Shown piece after piece: positions 39,041 through 53,829 of a DNA stretch of 64,000 nt. Below the pieces are notes generated by a model, which saw only the letters and a list, made by a program, of their open reading frames with translations, ran no database searches and was not told the origin of the DNA. The stretch lies in NCBI GenBank assembly GCA_951406725.2, contig OX597821.1, forward strand, positions 118,234,001 through 118,298,000, in the 5' to 3' direction. Each line of letters begins with the position of its first letter. The stretch's first letter is position 1. A program made the translations under genes and the position numbers. This DNA comes from Octopus vulgaris. Taxonomy: Eukaryota.

Positions 39041-40447
39041 GAAATGACACACCTGAGAAGAGAAGTGGATGATACGTTTAAAGGTCTTGATAGAGGGTAC
39101 TAAATCAGACATTTCATCTAAGCAAGGACCATGAAATAAATGTGAGAGATTCTTAGAGAGGATGCAAAGGGAAAATAAAGAAGAAATAGCATATTTCTCT
39201 CAGGCATAGCAATAAATAAGTGAATGAATAAATAAGCAAATAGATAAATAATAAAAGGCAAAACAAAAAGCAAGTGTTGGCTTGATATAGTGCAGTTCTT
39301 TTTTAAAATGAAAAAAACAAATGATGTAACAAATGTCAGTGTGAAAAACACCATATATTATTCAACATTAACAATAACTGGCACACTGTTGGTTATCATG
39401 AGGAATGTTCTATGTTTACATATTATGTACAAGCAATTATGAGCACAAGACATTTCGGTACAACTGCTTTGGCACTGCCTATTTGGAGTTGCTGATCTGA
39501 TGCTGATTTATTTGACATCCAGCATCTTAATATTTCTTTTGCTTTAATGTTACCCACACCTCTCTCATCTCCCACTCTCTCTCCCTCTACCCCCTCTCTC
39601 TCATCTTCTACTCTCTCTCCCTCTACCCCCTCTCTCTCCCTCCTCTCTCTCTGTGTTTATGTGTGTGAGTATATTTCTCTATGCGTATAAGGAAAGCTAA
39701 AGTGTTTATGTCACTCATATTCAATTGATAAATTATAATTTCCTGATCTCTCTTTCTCTCTCTCTCTTTCTATCTATATGTGTACATTTCAGGTGTATGT
39801 GTGTGTGTGTACTCACAAGGCATTAGTTAGTTCATGGCTATGGTAGAAAATATTTATCCCAAGTTGCTGCAAAGTGGGATCGAACCTGAAACAACATGAT
39901 TGCAAAATGAGCTCTTTTACCACACAGCTATGCTTGAGCCTGTCCACATAGACATGCATGCACTTTTATGTGTAATATATGTATGAATGTGTTTATATGA
40001 GTGTGTGTATGTCTGTCAGCTTGTGTGTGTGTGTGTGTGTGTGTGCATATGTGTGTTTGCCTCCAATGCCAAAAAGTTCTGTTGTTAAAAAAGGATTGTA
40101 TGTCCGGTCAGCCATGCCAAACCATTAGCATCCAAACAGCTGCACCCAACTCTCTCATTCCTTGCATCTACAATATCTACAAGAATAAACATAAAGTGAC
40201 AGCTTGACAAGAGAAGATTTATACAGTCTCTTGACTTGCTAGAAATAGCAGACAAATCTTCCTCTTATAACAAGCTAAACTATTATAAAAGAAATAACAC
40301 TTTGGATAACAAAAAAGATGAGAAGATCCAGTCATGGATTTAACACCATTGTAAGTCTAATTGATCAAGGCTCACCTGGGGATCAGCTACAACAAAATAA
40401 CAACAATAGTTTAATAAAAAGACTATGTATAAAATACATTCACTGAC

Positions 40448-40741
40448 TATAATTGGTAGTCGTTCCTTCAGGGTTGGTGGTGGTCATGTTGGAGGAGCTG
40501 CTTGTTGAATTACTGGGTGTGGTGCTACTAAATATAGAATTTTGATTGGTGGTGTTTGCAGGGATAGTAGAAAATATGTCTGTATTTTGTAATGATGTAC
40601 TTTCAGTTGTTGAGGTTTGATCCTGACCGGATGGAACAGAGCTGGTGGAAACACTAAGAGTGGTTGACAAAATTTCATTGGTTGATTGAGATGTTTCAGT
40701 AATTGGGTAACCAATATTTGATGTTAAAAAATCATTATAAT
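40448..40741 (-). CDS. MANSC-domain protein, Ser/Thr-rich mucin exon
   Basis: ttgcag/gtcagt, 294 nt, phase 1-1; open frame rich in S/T with several NxS/T sequons. Confidence 0.8.
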
Positions 40742-41419
40742 CTGCAATACCAATATATATATAATGCTTATATAAATATCATACATACATTTTTATATAA
40801 AATGTAAAAGGTGGCACAGAGGGATGCCAAAGGAATGTAGGAAAAAATGAAAAATATGCACACATAAATGCAAACATACTCTATCCCTCATCATATGTCA
40901 CCCAAATTTCATCACAATTTTGACACCTTCCGAGAATATTATTCACATTGATGATGTCAGCTCCAAAAGTTGCTGATGTATGGATGAACAGATTTGATAG
41001 AAAATGGACAGAAAAAACTGTTGCAAAGACTGTGACAGAAAAAATACAGTTTGTAAATGAGAAAAAGAAATGTATATTATGTATACATAAAATGCCTTTT
41101 GACTTAGCTATGAAATTAGGACAAGTTGTGTTGAGTAATGCTAACAGGAGAGATAGTGTCCTCTGTTGGCTTTGCAAACCAAGAGCTGCAAAAAAGAAAA
41201 AAAAAAGAAAAACAAGAAGAAAAACTTTAAATTAATAAGTGTGACTGACTAGTTGAACGGCCAGTTTGAAAGAATGAATACCACTAGAAATAGATGAAGA
41301 AAGGCTTGTGGGACCCATTGGAAAGGGAAAGAAGGAAACAGTAACAGGCAAGAAAAGATTATTGAAACAGGAAAAGAAGTGGGGAGAAAAAGAGTAGGGT
41401 AGATAAACAGGGATAAATG

Positions 41420-41472
<53 letters not shown>

Positions 41473-43682
41473 ATGAATAGATTGAAGGACAGGTAGAATG
41501 ATACATTGATGATATGACAGATCAATACAAAACACAAAAGAGAGCTCAGTATAAAGAGACAAATACTTTGGGTAATTTTGTCTTAGATTCACCTCAAAAA
41601 TTGGAATGGTCAAAGCTGGAATGCATTTGGTCAAAGCTTGGCTAGACCAGAGCAGAACAGGGGCTCGATAGAAGGTAGCAGCAATGTACTGGTTAGTTTA
41701 ATATGACCACCAAGTCCTGGGTGTAGCTGGTGATGGAATTCACTCTGTTGCTAGAACATGTTGTTACCTCTCACTGGCATTGTTCCTATAAACATTCACC
41801 TGCAGATGTTCAAATTAGACATTATCCACACTAGTCTCAATATTCTGCGAAAGTTTGCAACTCTCCTGGTCACTGACTCTTCCCACTCCTCACTTAGCTA
41901 AGACAAACAAATGAAATTAGATAAGCAACCAATACATAATGAAGTTGTGAAGACATGTGAGATGGTGGCTAGGGTGTTGCACCCATGATTGTAAAATTGT
42001 TTTGAGTTCTGGACTGGATGGGGTGTTGTGATTTTGAACGAAACATTCCATTTTACATTGCTCCAGTCCACTCAGCCGACAATGAGTTTCTGCAATATAT
42101 AGGAAGTTTGATCTTGTAACAGACCAACATCTCATTCAGTGGGGTGTGTTGTAATCTCAGTCACTTACATGCCATGGAAACTGAGTTAAGCTCAAGCCAT
42201 ACGAGTCCTAGAACCCATGGAAAAATGAAAATGACATAATTACGTATAGGTAGACTTCTTGAGGCTGGGGGGTAAGTCGTTCGCTTCCCAGTCATATAGT
42301 TTAAGGTTCAGTCCCACTGTGTGGCACCTTGGTCAGGTGTCTTCTACTGTAGCGTCAAGCTGATCAATGACTTTGAGAGGATTTGATAGACAAAGACTGA
42401 AAGAAGCCCATTGTATATAAGTGTGTGTGTTTGCATCTGAGTTTGTCCCCCACCACTGCTTGACAAATAGTGTTGATGCTTTTATATCCTTGTAACTTAG
42501 TGGTTCAGTAAAAGAGACTGATAAAATAAGTACCAGGCATGGGATAAAAAAATTTTTTTAAATATAAAAATACTGAGATTTGATTCATTCAGCTATAATT
42601 CTTGAAGGTGGTGCACCAGCATGGCCGTAGTCTAATGACTGAAACAAGTAAAAAAGAAACGATCATTATCATCATCATCATCATCATCATTACCACCACC
42701 ATTACCACCACCATCATAGAATTTTAAGAATAACATTTTGTTAGGTTATATATGTTAGTCTGTCGAGAGAGAGGAAGAGAGGGAGAGAGTTAGAGAGAGA
42801 GAGAGTGAGGGATGAGAGAGACCAGTACCATTATCTCTTATCTCTTTTAGACCGTCCTAGATTTGAGGCTTGAAACATTGGATATCATTAGTATGCGTTG
42901 CTGCAGGTCAGTGGTTGTGTCAGAAGGAAAGTTCATCCAAGAATTTCAGAAAGATTCAGTTTTGAAGACAAAAGATTGGTTAAATAAATTAACATCAATA
43001 TTTAGAAGTGAAATATAATAAAAACTGAACAGAGGATGAGAGATGGAGTTTATAACTTGGGGGAAGGGTTTAAAACTATAAGAAGTTGTAGTAAGAAATA
43101 CGAAATCCAGAAACAGCTCAAACCCTTTCAATATCAACTTGTCTGGAAGTATTTCTGGTAAATTGTTTAAATCTAAGTTCAGGCAGGTCAGTTAGTGACC
43201 CCTTGATCCTTTACCTACACCCCCCACCCACACACGCACATGTGTTAGAGTAGCTATAGTTTATAGAACTAAGTATAGTAAATATTTCTTGTAGACCAGC
43301 AGTGGGATAAAATGCAACTCTCATTAATCAATTAATCACTTCTCAGAGCATTACCACCTGTGCCACCCTTACAGACATGATAACAATATCATAATAAATT
43401 GTCTTAAGATAATAATAATAATAATAACGGTTTCAAACTTTGGCTCAAGGCCAGCAATTTTAGGGAGCAGAGGTTAGTTGCATAATTACATGTTTTTATG
43501 ATTTAAATTTGTATGTACTTGAAATAACTAAGGATTGAAGTTAATCAAAGTCTCAAATTATATGTTTGAGAAGTTAATAAATTTTGTTGATTAGTTATTA
43601 TTAGTCATGTTCATGCAACATCTTGCAAGAAGCAAAGCCATTCTATAAATGTTTTCTCAGTGCAGCATAGCAAACAGACTTG

Positions 43683-44432
43683 GCTACTCTTTGGTTATCT
43701 CACCCCCATTAAAAAATTGGGTTATCTCCCCTAACTAAAAAATTGTTTATCTCTCAATAAAATAAAAAACAAAATGACAAAAAAATTAATAAATATGTAA
43801 AGTGAAAAGAGTAAACGTCTTATTGAATCTAATAACATTTTTATAACAAATCATACTATGCATATTGAGGGGCCAAAAGTCAACAATGTGTTGAAGTATA
43901 GGCGCAGGAGTGGCTGTGTAGTAAGTAGCTTGCTCACCAACCACATGGTTCCGGGTTCAGTCCCACTGCGTGGCACCTTGGGTAAGTGTCTTCTACTATA
44001 GCTTTGGGCTGACCAAAGCTTTGTGAGTGGATTTGGTAGATGGAAACTGAAAGAAGCCCGTCATATACATGTATATGTATATATATGAGTGTATATGTTT
44101 GTGCGTCTGTGTTTGTCCCCCCAACATCGTTTGACAATTGATGCTGGTGTGTTTGCATCCCCGTAACTTAGCAGTTCGGCAAAAAAGACTGATAGAATAA
44201 GAACTAGGCTTACAAAGAATAAGTCCTGGGGTTGTTCGACTAAAGGTGGTGCTCCAGCATGGCTGCAGTCAAATGACTGAAACAAGTAAAAGAGTAAAAA
44301 GAGTAATCAAAAGGATCCCAACCCTTTTAATCCAATCTCTTGTTTCCACATATACTCAACTTTTTAATGGGGAGATAACCCAATTTTTTAATGGCAAGTT
44401 TTGAAAGGGGGTGAGATAACCAAAAAGTACCC
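43683..44432. mobile_element. TIR element with nested SINE
   Basis: tactctttggttatctcaccccc..ttgggttatctcccc versus ggggagataacccaa..gggggtgagataaccaaaaagta. Confidence 0.6.
43899..44303 (+). mobile_element. tRNA-derived SINE family B with internal microsatellite (copies near 1155-1590-, 13903-14300+, 15708-16075+, 31897-32770+, 42270-42655+, 57597-58442+, 59303-59705+, 63205-63640-)
   Basis: A-box tggctgtgtagtaa, B-box gggttcagtccc, ggcaccttgggcaagtgtcttctactatagc core, tail gactgaaacaagtaaaagagtaaaa. Confidence 0.85.
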
Positions 44433-44616
44433 AAACTTGCTAGGAAAAAATGCTATTAGGTTTACAATAAGTAATTAATCATTTGTATTTAATTAAGTTG
44501 ACAGTTTTACTAAACCTATTATAAAGATTTGGTTATTATGAAAATGAAATACGAATGCAGTTTTATTCTTGTTAGAAAAGTTAAAAATGGGTTAGTGGGA
44601 TAGAGTTGTTACCTAC

Positions 44617-44655
44617 CTTGAGTTGTGGATTGCTGTGAAGAAGTGGAATGGTCAC
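44617..44655 (-). CDS. MANSC-domain protein, 39-nt stalk microexon
   Basis: tctttgcag/gtaggt, phase 1-1; GDHSTSSQQSTTQ matches stalk composition. Confidence 0.65.
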
Positions 44656-46170
44656 CTGCAAAGAAATTTGAAGTAATTGTTACAAATGAACTATCGGTGC
44701 CATTCTCTACAGATGTAGTTTTTTATGGAAACTTTCAAGAGAAATGCAAGATTTTCAAAAAAAAAAAAAAAAGCCAGATAAATAGAAATACAGTGCATTA
44801 GAGAATGTGAATGTAAGACAAAAAGGACATTAGGTATTAAGAATCATCATCATCATCATTGTTTAACGTCCATTTTCCATGCTAGCATGGGTTAGACAGT
44901 TCGACTGGGGTCTGGGAAGCAAGACCAGGCTCCAGTCTGATCCGGCAGTGTTTCTACAGCTGGATGCCATTCCTAATGCCAACCACTATGTGAGTGTAGT
45001 GGGTCCCTTTTATGTGCCAGGCAAGGCTGGCAATGGCCACGATTGGTTGGTACTTTTTATGTGCCACCGGCAAGGAAGCCGGTCAAGGCAGCACTGGCAT
45101 CGGCCATGCTCGGATGGTTCTTTTACGTGCCACAGGCACAGGTATCACAACTACAATTTCCATTTGATTTTTTGATGTTGATGTACTTGACTCAATAGGT
45201 CTCCTCAAGCACAGTGTGTGTGTATATATATATATATATCATCATCATCATCGTCATCATCCTTTAACGTCCGCTTTCCATGCTAGCATGGATAGGATGA
45301 TTTGACTAAGAATAACAATAACAAAATACTGGATTCTAATTTTGGCAAAGGCCAGCAGTTTTGAGGGAGGGAGGGTAAGGTGGTGAGATGGCAGAATTAT
45401 TAGCACACTGGGTGAAATGCTTAGTGGCATTTCATCTGCCACTATGTTCTGAGTTCAAATTCCATTGAGGTCGACTTTGCCTTTCATCCTTTCTCAGAGT
45501 TGATGAAATAAATACCACTTATGCATTAGGGTCGCTATATACAACTAACCCCCTTCCCCCAAAATTTTCAAGGCCTTGTGCCTAGAGCAGAAATGATTAA
45601 TTTCCAGGGAGGGTGTGTGTTGATTACATCAACCCCAGTACTCAACTGGTATTTATTTTACTGACCCTGAAAGGATGAAAAGCCAAATGGACCTTAGTGG
45701 AATTTGAACTTAGAACACAAAGATAGATGAAATGCCACAAAGCATTTTGTTCAGCATGCCAACGATTCTGCCAGCTCAATGCCTTATTTTATTTTATTGA
45801 CCCCAAAAGGATGAAAGTCAAAGTGGATCTTGGAAGAATTTGAACTCTAAATGTAAAAATGGAGAAAATACCATTAAGCACTTTGCCCAGTATGCTAACA
45901 GTTCTGCCAACAATAACAAGAGTTTGAAATGATAACTTGGACATATTTAATTAGCCTTAATATTTTGTGTTAAAAACTCCTTTCTTCTTTCTTCCCAGCT
46001 TGTGATGGAGTCATAGAGATGATGTCACTGTGGTATATTGCATAGGGGGCAGAAATACTGCCCTTTTCTCTTGATATAGTCTTCATTAAATGTATTTGAC
46101 TTGTTTATCAGATACACTTCACTCATGTCATTCTTTCACTCAGCATGTTTACACACACACACACACACAT

Positions 46171-46216
<46 letters not shown>

Positions 46217-47995
46217 ACACACACAATATAAAAGGCAGTGTGGTTCCACATAGTAGCCTCACTTCATAGATATAGAAGGGTAATTACTTTATGTACAGGG
46301 TGGCTACTTTAAGGGCATGAGGCATTCTGGCACAGTCATTTTGACACCACATATTTGGTGTTGCTGATTTGAGGCTGACCTACTTGACATCAGACGTTTT
46401 AATATATCTCTCTCTCTCCTTCCCCCTCTTTCACTGTCTCCCTTCCACCTTTACTTTCTCTCTTTCTTCCTCTTAGTATCTGTGTGTGTGTGTGTGTGTG
46501 TGTGTGCCTGCAGTACTAAAAAGTACAGTTGCCCAAACTGATTGAATGTCCAGTCAGCTGCACCCATTCATCTCACTCTGACACCTTGTAGTTAAAGGTA
46601 TGTAACATCTATTTCTTCATTACCCACAAGGGGCTAAACACAGAAGGGACAAACAAGGACAGACAAATGGATTAAGTCGATTATATCGACCCCAGTGCGT
46701 AACTGGTACTTATTTAATCGAACCCGAAAGGATGAAAGGCAAAGTTGACCTTGGCAGAATTTGAACTCAGTACATAGTGGCAGACGAAATCCCGCTAAGC
46801 ATTTTGCCCGGCATGCTAACGTTTCTGCCAGCTCGCCGCCTTAGCACACAACACAATCCAAACTATTACTATACCATTGCTTAGATCTACATTATCAAAA
46901 CTGACTCACGATCATATTTCCCTCTATGTTATCCTAATACAAATAGAATAATCAATGCAATTATTTCTTTTTTTAAATCAACATTGCTAAGGATTTTGTT
47001 CAAAGTAAACACATTGTTTTAATTCCTATTGATTGCAATGTCTTATTTATTTTACATCAAATCTAGTGTTTTAATCTAAGGCAACATCTGGATGTAAGGT
47101 ATAACTAAACAGCAGTATAACAGTTTGTTAAGACAGGAATATTGACGGACCAAGCAAATAAAGGAAGCTCTGCTAGAAATAGTAGTCAAATGTGAAGTTA
47201 AACAAATGTCTTAAAACTAAACAGACCTCTTGGCACATTAATTAGTGTTGCTTAAAATACATGCTGCAGGAGAACAAATATCAAGGTTTTTCATCATGTA
47301 TCGAATGACTTGAGGTGTATTGGAGGCCAAAAAACTCCACAAATATATGAATAATGATTGATGACAAGTATAACAACACAATAGAGTTTACCTAGCACAA
47401 TTGTAAACTCTTACTCTTTTATTCTTTTACTTGTTTCAGTCATTTGACTGTGGCCATGCTGGAGCACCACCTTTAGTCGAGCAAATCGACCCCGGGACTT
47501 ATTCTTTGGAAGCCTAGTACTTATTCTATTGGTCTCTTTTGCCGAACCAGTAAGTTTACGGGTAGTAAAGAAATAAGAAATCCTATAAGCTGACAAGGTG
47601 AGATGAGTTTGACTCTAAGCATGGTGAGAGCCACTGATGAGTATTAAAAATTGATGATCTGGTCGTACCTATGATTACAGGGAGCTTCTTTCTCTTGTTA
47701 GCTCATTAAGATAATGCTTTTGTTGGTTATTAAGTTGTTTTGACTCTCATTTCTACCAATACTGGTGCTGATTAGTGCCCTTGTTCACTTTAGTGATATA
47801 TATATATATATCGTCATTTAATGTTTGCTTTCCCTCTGCTCGTATGCATTGGATTGTTTGACAGGAGCTGGCCATCTAGAGAGTGGCACCGGGCTCCAAT
47901 TGTCTGTTTTGTCATGGTTTGTATGTCTGGATGTACTTCCTGATGTCAACCATTTCACAGAGTGTACAGGGTGCTTTTTATGTGGTGCAAGTACA

Positions 47996-48028
<33 letters not shown>

Positions 48029-48091
48029 TTATATATATACCCATGCCAGAATGGAAGGCAGAAGTTAAGCAAGGATGATGATGATATAAAG

Positions 48092-48128
<37 letters not shown>

Positions 48129-48556
48129 ACAGCAGCCTTCATCACAATTTCCATCTATCAGATTCACTCACAAAGTGTCAGTCGGTCAAGGGCTATAGTA
48201 GAAAATACTTGCCAAAGGTGGTGTGGAGTGGGATTGATCCCCAAACCACTTGGCTGCTCAATTGACTTCATAACCACACACTAGTAATATGTAACATAAG
48301 CGCTTGATCTCAAAGAAACAATCACCATCGTCACCATTTAATGTTTATTTTTCCCTGATTGCATGGGTCAGAGAGAATTGCTGAAATGGATTTTGTACAG
48401 CTGGATGCTCTTCCTGTCACTAACTCTCATCTCTTACCAAACAAGGTAATATTTTGCCATTGCCCATCATTATTTGTGTGGAAGACACACACACACGCAC
48501 ACACATGTGCATAAACACATACACACATATGCATAAACACACACACACAAAATTTT

Positions 48557-48925
48557 CAGGGTGCAATGGGTAAATTGTCGTTATTTTATATTTTTAATTT
48601 TGTGCATGTGCATTGCTTGTTCTTGATTTTGTCAACTGCACAGTATAGTAGGATCAGCTGGGCACCATCTGTGAGAAAAATATCACCATAATGCAATTAA
48701 CTCTGCCAGAAATTTGGAAACGGCATGCTGTACTGTGTGTCATTCACACCGGAAGCTCCAATATGAACATTTTAGAGTTTTTGGGTGTGAATCCTCTGCA
48801 CTGCGCTGAGGATTTAGAAAGAGTTAGTTGAGTCTAATGGTGATTATGAAGGTACTGAATCTCAGAAAACTCACTCTGATCATTTTGATAAGAAAAGTAC
48901 TCCTGAATTTGTTGGTGAGATCCTG
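48557..48925 (+). mobile_element. Left-end fragment of the same maT-like transposon
   Basis: Colinear similarity to 23820-24065. Confidence 0.7.
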
Positions 48926-49263
48926 TTCTTTTAGTTCTTACTCGCATTGCCTCCGCTCAAATTAAGAAGTAGATTATAGCTCATTTGGAGCACTACATCT
49001 CCAGTCTGTATTATATTTTGAGTATTGTTATTACTAGCTATCTCAAGATATAACTGTGCACTTTGTATTTTATATATATACATTTGACAGGCATCTTTCC
49101 TTTTTCTCTTTGCCAAATCTTCTCACAAAGCTCTGGTCAGTCTAGGGATGCAGTAGAAGAGAGTTGTCCAAGATACCAGGCAGTGGGACTGAACATGAAA
49201 CCACATAGTTGGTCAATTAGCCATGCCTGTACCTTATATAAGTATAAATGAATGAATAAATAC

Positions 49264-49500
49264 CTCTGCTACTTGTTGACAAACCGATTCCAGATGCAGT
49301 TGTGGAAGTATCCGAAGTTGATTCAGTGGTCTGACTTTGGTTTTCAGATAAACTTTCTGTGGTTGTGATGTTATTTCTAATAGTTTTTACCATTTCACTC
49401 CCATCAGATGGAATTGGTTTACAGGCATCTTCAGATACACAATGAATCAGAGTGCACGTATGGTTATCAGTGGCATTATGAATGGCCAATGAGCAGTTAC
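49264..49500 (-). CDS. MANSC-domain protein, C-half of MANSC and start of Ser/Thr stalk
   Basis: ttttag/gtattt, phase 1-1; NCSLAIHNATDNHTCTLIHCVSEDAC completes the 7-Cys MANSC pattern, then TTTESLSENQSQTTESTSDTSTT. Confidence 0.85.
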
Positions 49501-50203
49501 CTAAAAATATAGAACAAAAAATTTGGTTACTGAACAGTAAGAATTGTTTAACAAATTCTGTATTTAATGACACATATATGCTATAATAAATATTATCATT
49601 TAGAAATGATAATTTTTCTATTAAAAAATTATTAAATTGTACACTGTTTTGAAATTCTTAAAAATTTCAATTATAATATATTTTTTTCAAAATGTGGTTT
49701 TCAAGTTTCTTTATTATAGAAGGTTTCATCTATGTGATTCAATCAGAAAACTGTTTTGCATTCACTGCAAGATAGCAGTTTTTAACCTCTTACTTCCTTC
49801 TCCCACTCTTCCCATCTTTTTTATCTCCTCTATTTCAATAAGTGTTTCCCTTTCTCTATCTGAATAACTTTTCCTCTCATTATCTTAGCCTCAGTTTCTT
49901 TCCTTGCAAAAAACGCATGGATGCATGGACGAAAGCACACACACACATTCTCTCTCTCTTTTACCTCCTTCTCTATCATCTCTATTTAATTATTATTATT
50001 GGAAATAAGTGATTACCATGTTTTTCTTTGAGATACTTTGAGAACATTTGCGAAAAGTTTAACATTATATCTATTTATCACATGAAAATTCTATCAGAAT
50101 TTTTTTATTTCAAATTTTATTCCATTATACACAAATGTGTAAACCATGGTCCTTTAAATTATGAATAATGAATATATATATTTATGTGTATATATATATC
50201 TGT

Positions 50204-50254
<51 letters not shown>

Positions 50255-51419
50255 CATCATCATAATCATCGTCATTGCTTAACGTCCGCTTTCTATGCTG
50301 GCATGCATAGAAAAGCAAAAAGCTGCACCAGACTTCTACGACTGTTTCAGCAGGATTTTACAGCGGAATGCCCTTCCTTAGACCAACCACTCAGCAGAGC
50401 GGACTGAGTGCATTTTACATGGTACAAGCGCAGGTGAGGTCAGCTTTGGCAAGGTTTTTACACTTTGATACCCTTCTAGATGCCAACCACTTTACAGTGT
50501 GGACTGGATGCTTTTTAAGTTACACCTGCACTGACAGGGTCACCAAGTACCTTGCAAAACAAAAAAAATGTTTTGAGAGGGGAGGGGCCATTGGAGGAGG
50601 TGGTCTTGTGTAAGATGATGAAAGGTTATAGTGAAAGAGAGAGACAGACACAGGTGTCTTGCTGTAGAGAGAGATCAGGAATGAAGACAGAATAGGTGTG
50701 CTGCAGCAAAGGAAATACCTGGTCATCTAACATGATGGGAGAGCAGGAGAAGGAGAGAGAGAGGGAGGCAGCAGGATAGAGATGGTGGCAAAGAGCCAAG
50801 CATACTCACAAAGGATGGGGATCAGAATATAAATGGGATGGTTGAGTAAAAGAAGAGAGAGAGATATATAGAAGGTGGCAAGGGCCAGGGCATACACTTG
50901 AGGTTCAAACGTCATAAACTAAGTGGCAGGATACTGTGAAAGAAGCATGATTAGAAAGTGCAGAGGTGAGTGGAGGAAATGAGTGGTGAAAACCTGGGTA
51001 TGTATAGAGTGGAAGGGCTACAGGATAGCAATGATACAGAGAAACAGGTACATGATGACAGAATTGGAAAGTGGGAGGTAGGGATAGTGCATTAAGGAGG
51101 AAATGTAGATGCAGATTGGTTTGTTTGGGTAGGGTGTGTGAAAATTTTTCTTGTTACATATGGGTAGAACATACAGGTCGGAGGGGGGGGGGGCTTGTGG
51201 ATAGCAATGATACAGTGAGACAAGACCAAGAGGACAGGGTTGGGGAGTGGGAGGTAAGCATAGTACATGAAGTGGAAATATGAGGAAGGGAAGAGATTTA
51301 GAGATATAGTTTAGTTTGTTGTGGTAGGGTGTGTGAGAAGTTTTTTTGTTAAGTGTGGGTGGGACACACAGCACTTCTAGAACTCAGTTTTGATGACATG
51401 GGTGGGTCTTCTCAAGAAC

Positions 51420-52520
51420 CTCGTATCACCAGTCCATTGTCATTTCCTACATGAGGCCCAACATCCTGAGAGTGGTCCTCACTACTTCATCCCACGACTC
51501 CCTGGGTTTCCCTCTTCTATGGGTACCACCCACATTCAGTGATCAGCACTTTTTACGCAGCTGTCCTCATTCATATGCATCACATGTCCAAATTTATGTA
51601 GTCCTCTCTCTTGCATGATTCATTTAATTACTCTTATGCCCAACTTTTCTCTCAATACATTTGCACTTTGTTGTCTATATGCACTGATGTTGCACATCCA
51701 ACAGAGCATACTACCTTCATTTCTCTCCAGTCTATGCATGTCTTCAGCATTCAGCGCTCATGTCTCACTACTATGGAGTAAAGCTGTTTGCCTACAAGCA
51801 TCATACAGTCTCCCTTTCACTCTGCAAGAGAATCCTTTTGTTGCCAGCAGAGGTAATAGCTCTCTGAACTTCCTCCACCCTATTCTTATTCTAGAAGTAA
51901 CACTTTCAGAGCATCCTCCACCATTGCTAATTTGGTTACCGAGGTAACAGAAACTATCCACAACCTCAAGAGAGCCTTCTGGGTATTTGAGAAAATCTAA
52001 TTCCTGTGTGCTCTTAATGCTTATTGTTCCTGCACATCTGCCACATACAAAAACAACTTTATCTACCTGTGATTTCACTGCACCTCTTATATGTCCATAG
52101 ATTACTCTGGGTGTAGCGAATTAAATTTCTTCCAACTCCTTTCCTACATACAGAACAGGTCCATTTACCAGATGGAAAGAGAGTTTTATCTTCTTTCTTA
52201 CTGACAACAACACAACAACTTTGGTATTTACTAGGATGACTTTAAGGCCCTTTAATTCCAGGTTTTGTTTCCATACCTGGAATTTCTTATCCAATTCTGC
52301 TAAAGATTCTGTAATAAGAACAAGGTCATCAGAATATAGTAGTTCCCACAGGTACCCAGTTTCAAATTCATCTGTTATGGTCTGGAGGAATAAGAGTGGG
52401 CTGAGAACTGAGCCCTGGTGAACCCCTACCTGTACGCTAAATTCATCACTGCTTTCATAGCCGACTCTCACCTTACAGACAGCATCACTGTGCATGGCTT
52501 GTATAGCTCTAACAAGCCAC
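51420..52520 (-). mobile_element. RTE-clade LINE reverse transcriptase fragment
   Basis: GVHQGSVLSPLLF, LLYSDDLVLI, VDSFCYLG, RIRIGWRKFRELLPLL; frameshifts. Confidence 0.85.
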
Positions 52521-52640
52521 CTGTATATATACTTTTTACTTGTTTCCGTCATTAGATTGCAGTCACACTGGGAGAGTGCCTTGAAGAATTTTTACTTGAA
52601 TGAATAGACTCCGATGCTTTTTAACACAAACACACACACA

Positions 52641-52681
<41 letters not shown>

Positions 52682-52885
52682 TAAGATGTATGTATATATG
52701 CACACATATACACAATATACATGCATATGTATTGAGTGCATACATGAATATTCTAATGATCTTCTTTGCATATCATACTTATGTAGTAGACAAAATGTAG
52801 AATGCCCCCATCCCCCCAAAAAAACACCAAAAAAGAAAAGAAACCAAGAGAATAAAACATGCGCATTAGTAAAATATCTACTTAC

Positions 52886-53093
52886 TTTGATTACAACATC
52901 GAAGTATGCAATTTGAAAGAGCATCTGGGGGCAGTGTGGCGAATGTAGCAAGAATGTGAAGTTCGTTGTTTAAATATTTGTCAATATCAACTGTACTGTT
53001 CTGTAGAATTTCAGTCTGACATGTTTGCTGCCCAGATGCTGGTATGATGCAAGTTGAAACAGCTGTTAGCACTGACAAAATTGACAGCAGCAT
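52886..53093 (-). CDS. MANSC-domain mucin-like membrane protein, first coding exon (signal peptide and N-half of MANSC)
   Basis: MLLSILSVLTAVSTCIIPASG signal-like peptide, then C..N..VDI..L...CILRCCNQ; gtaagt donor phase 1; acceptor cttaatag upstream puts the exon start at 53128, implying a further upstream exon. Confidence 0.82.
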
Positions 53094-53468
53094 GCTGGAA
53101 CTTTGACAGTAACTAATCGTAACAGGTGCTATTAAGGAAGAATGAAATGATAAATTGTTTTAAGATAAGCTAATTTTACAACAGATGTAAGATAACACAC
53201 ATTAAACACATAGAAAGTTGTAGGCACAACCATAGCTTTGTGGTTAGGAAGTTCATTTTGCAAATATGGAATTCTAGGATTGAAACCATTGTGTGACACC
53301 TGAAGCAGATGATTTTTTCTGGCCAAATTCATCTGAGTAATACCTGGTACTCAGTAACTGTGTGGAGGTTGTCTGTATTTCGAGTGGACCAAGCTTGACT
53401 GTCTGTTTTGGCATGGTTTTTACGGCTAAATGCCCTTCACTTTACAAACTGGACTGAGTACTTTTTAC

Positions 53469-53600
53469 GTGGCACCAGCATTGATGTGGCACTAACACTG
53501 ACATGACACCAGCACTAACATGGAACCAGCACTGATGTGGCACCAGTACTGATGTGGCACCAGCACTGATGTGGCACCAGCACTGATGTGACACAAGCAC
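53469..53600 (+). repeat. 17-bp minisatellite, ~7-8 copies
   Basis: Unit gtggcaccagcactgat. Confidence 0.85.
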
Positions 53601-53829
53601 CATCATGTCACCAATACCAGCATAGAACCATCACCTTTGTTTTTGGAATTCTAATACAAACTGTTTTGTAACAAGCAGTAAAAACTAATGAGGACAGGAG
53701 CCAAAGCAGTAGTCTTTATATGGTTGTATATCCTACTAGAAACAGCAGTCAAAGCTGCACACATTTACATGCACATATACATACATACATACATACATAC
53801 ATACATACATACATACATACATACGTACA

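Noticed and set aside
40881-41235. Opposing 95-98 aa ORFs
   Set aside because: No recognisable motifs or splice support; likely decayed repeat
51015-51370. Two diverged ~175-bp tandem copies
   Set aside because: Real but appears to be an ordinary local duplication of purine-rich intron DNA with no functional signal
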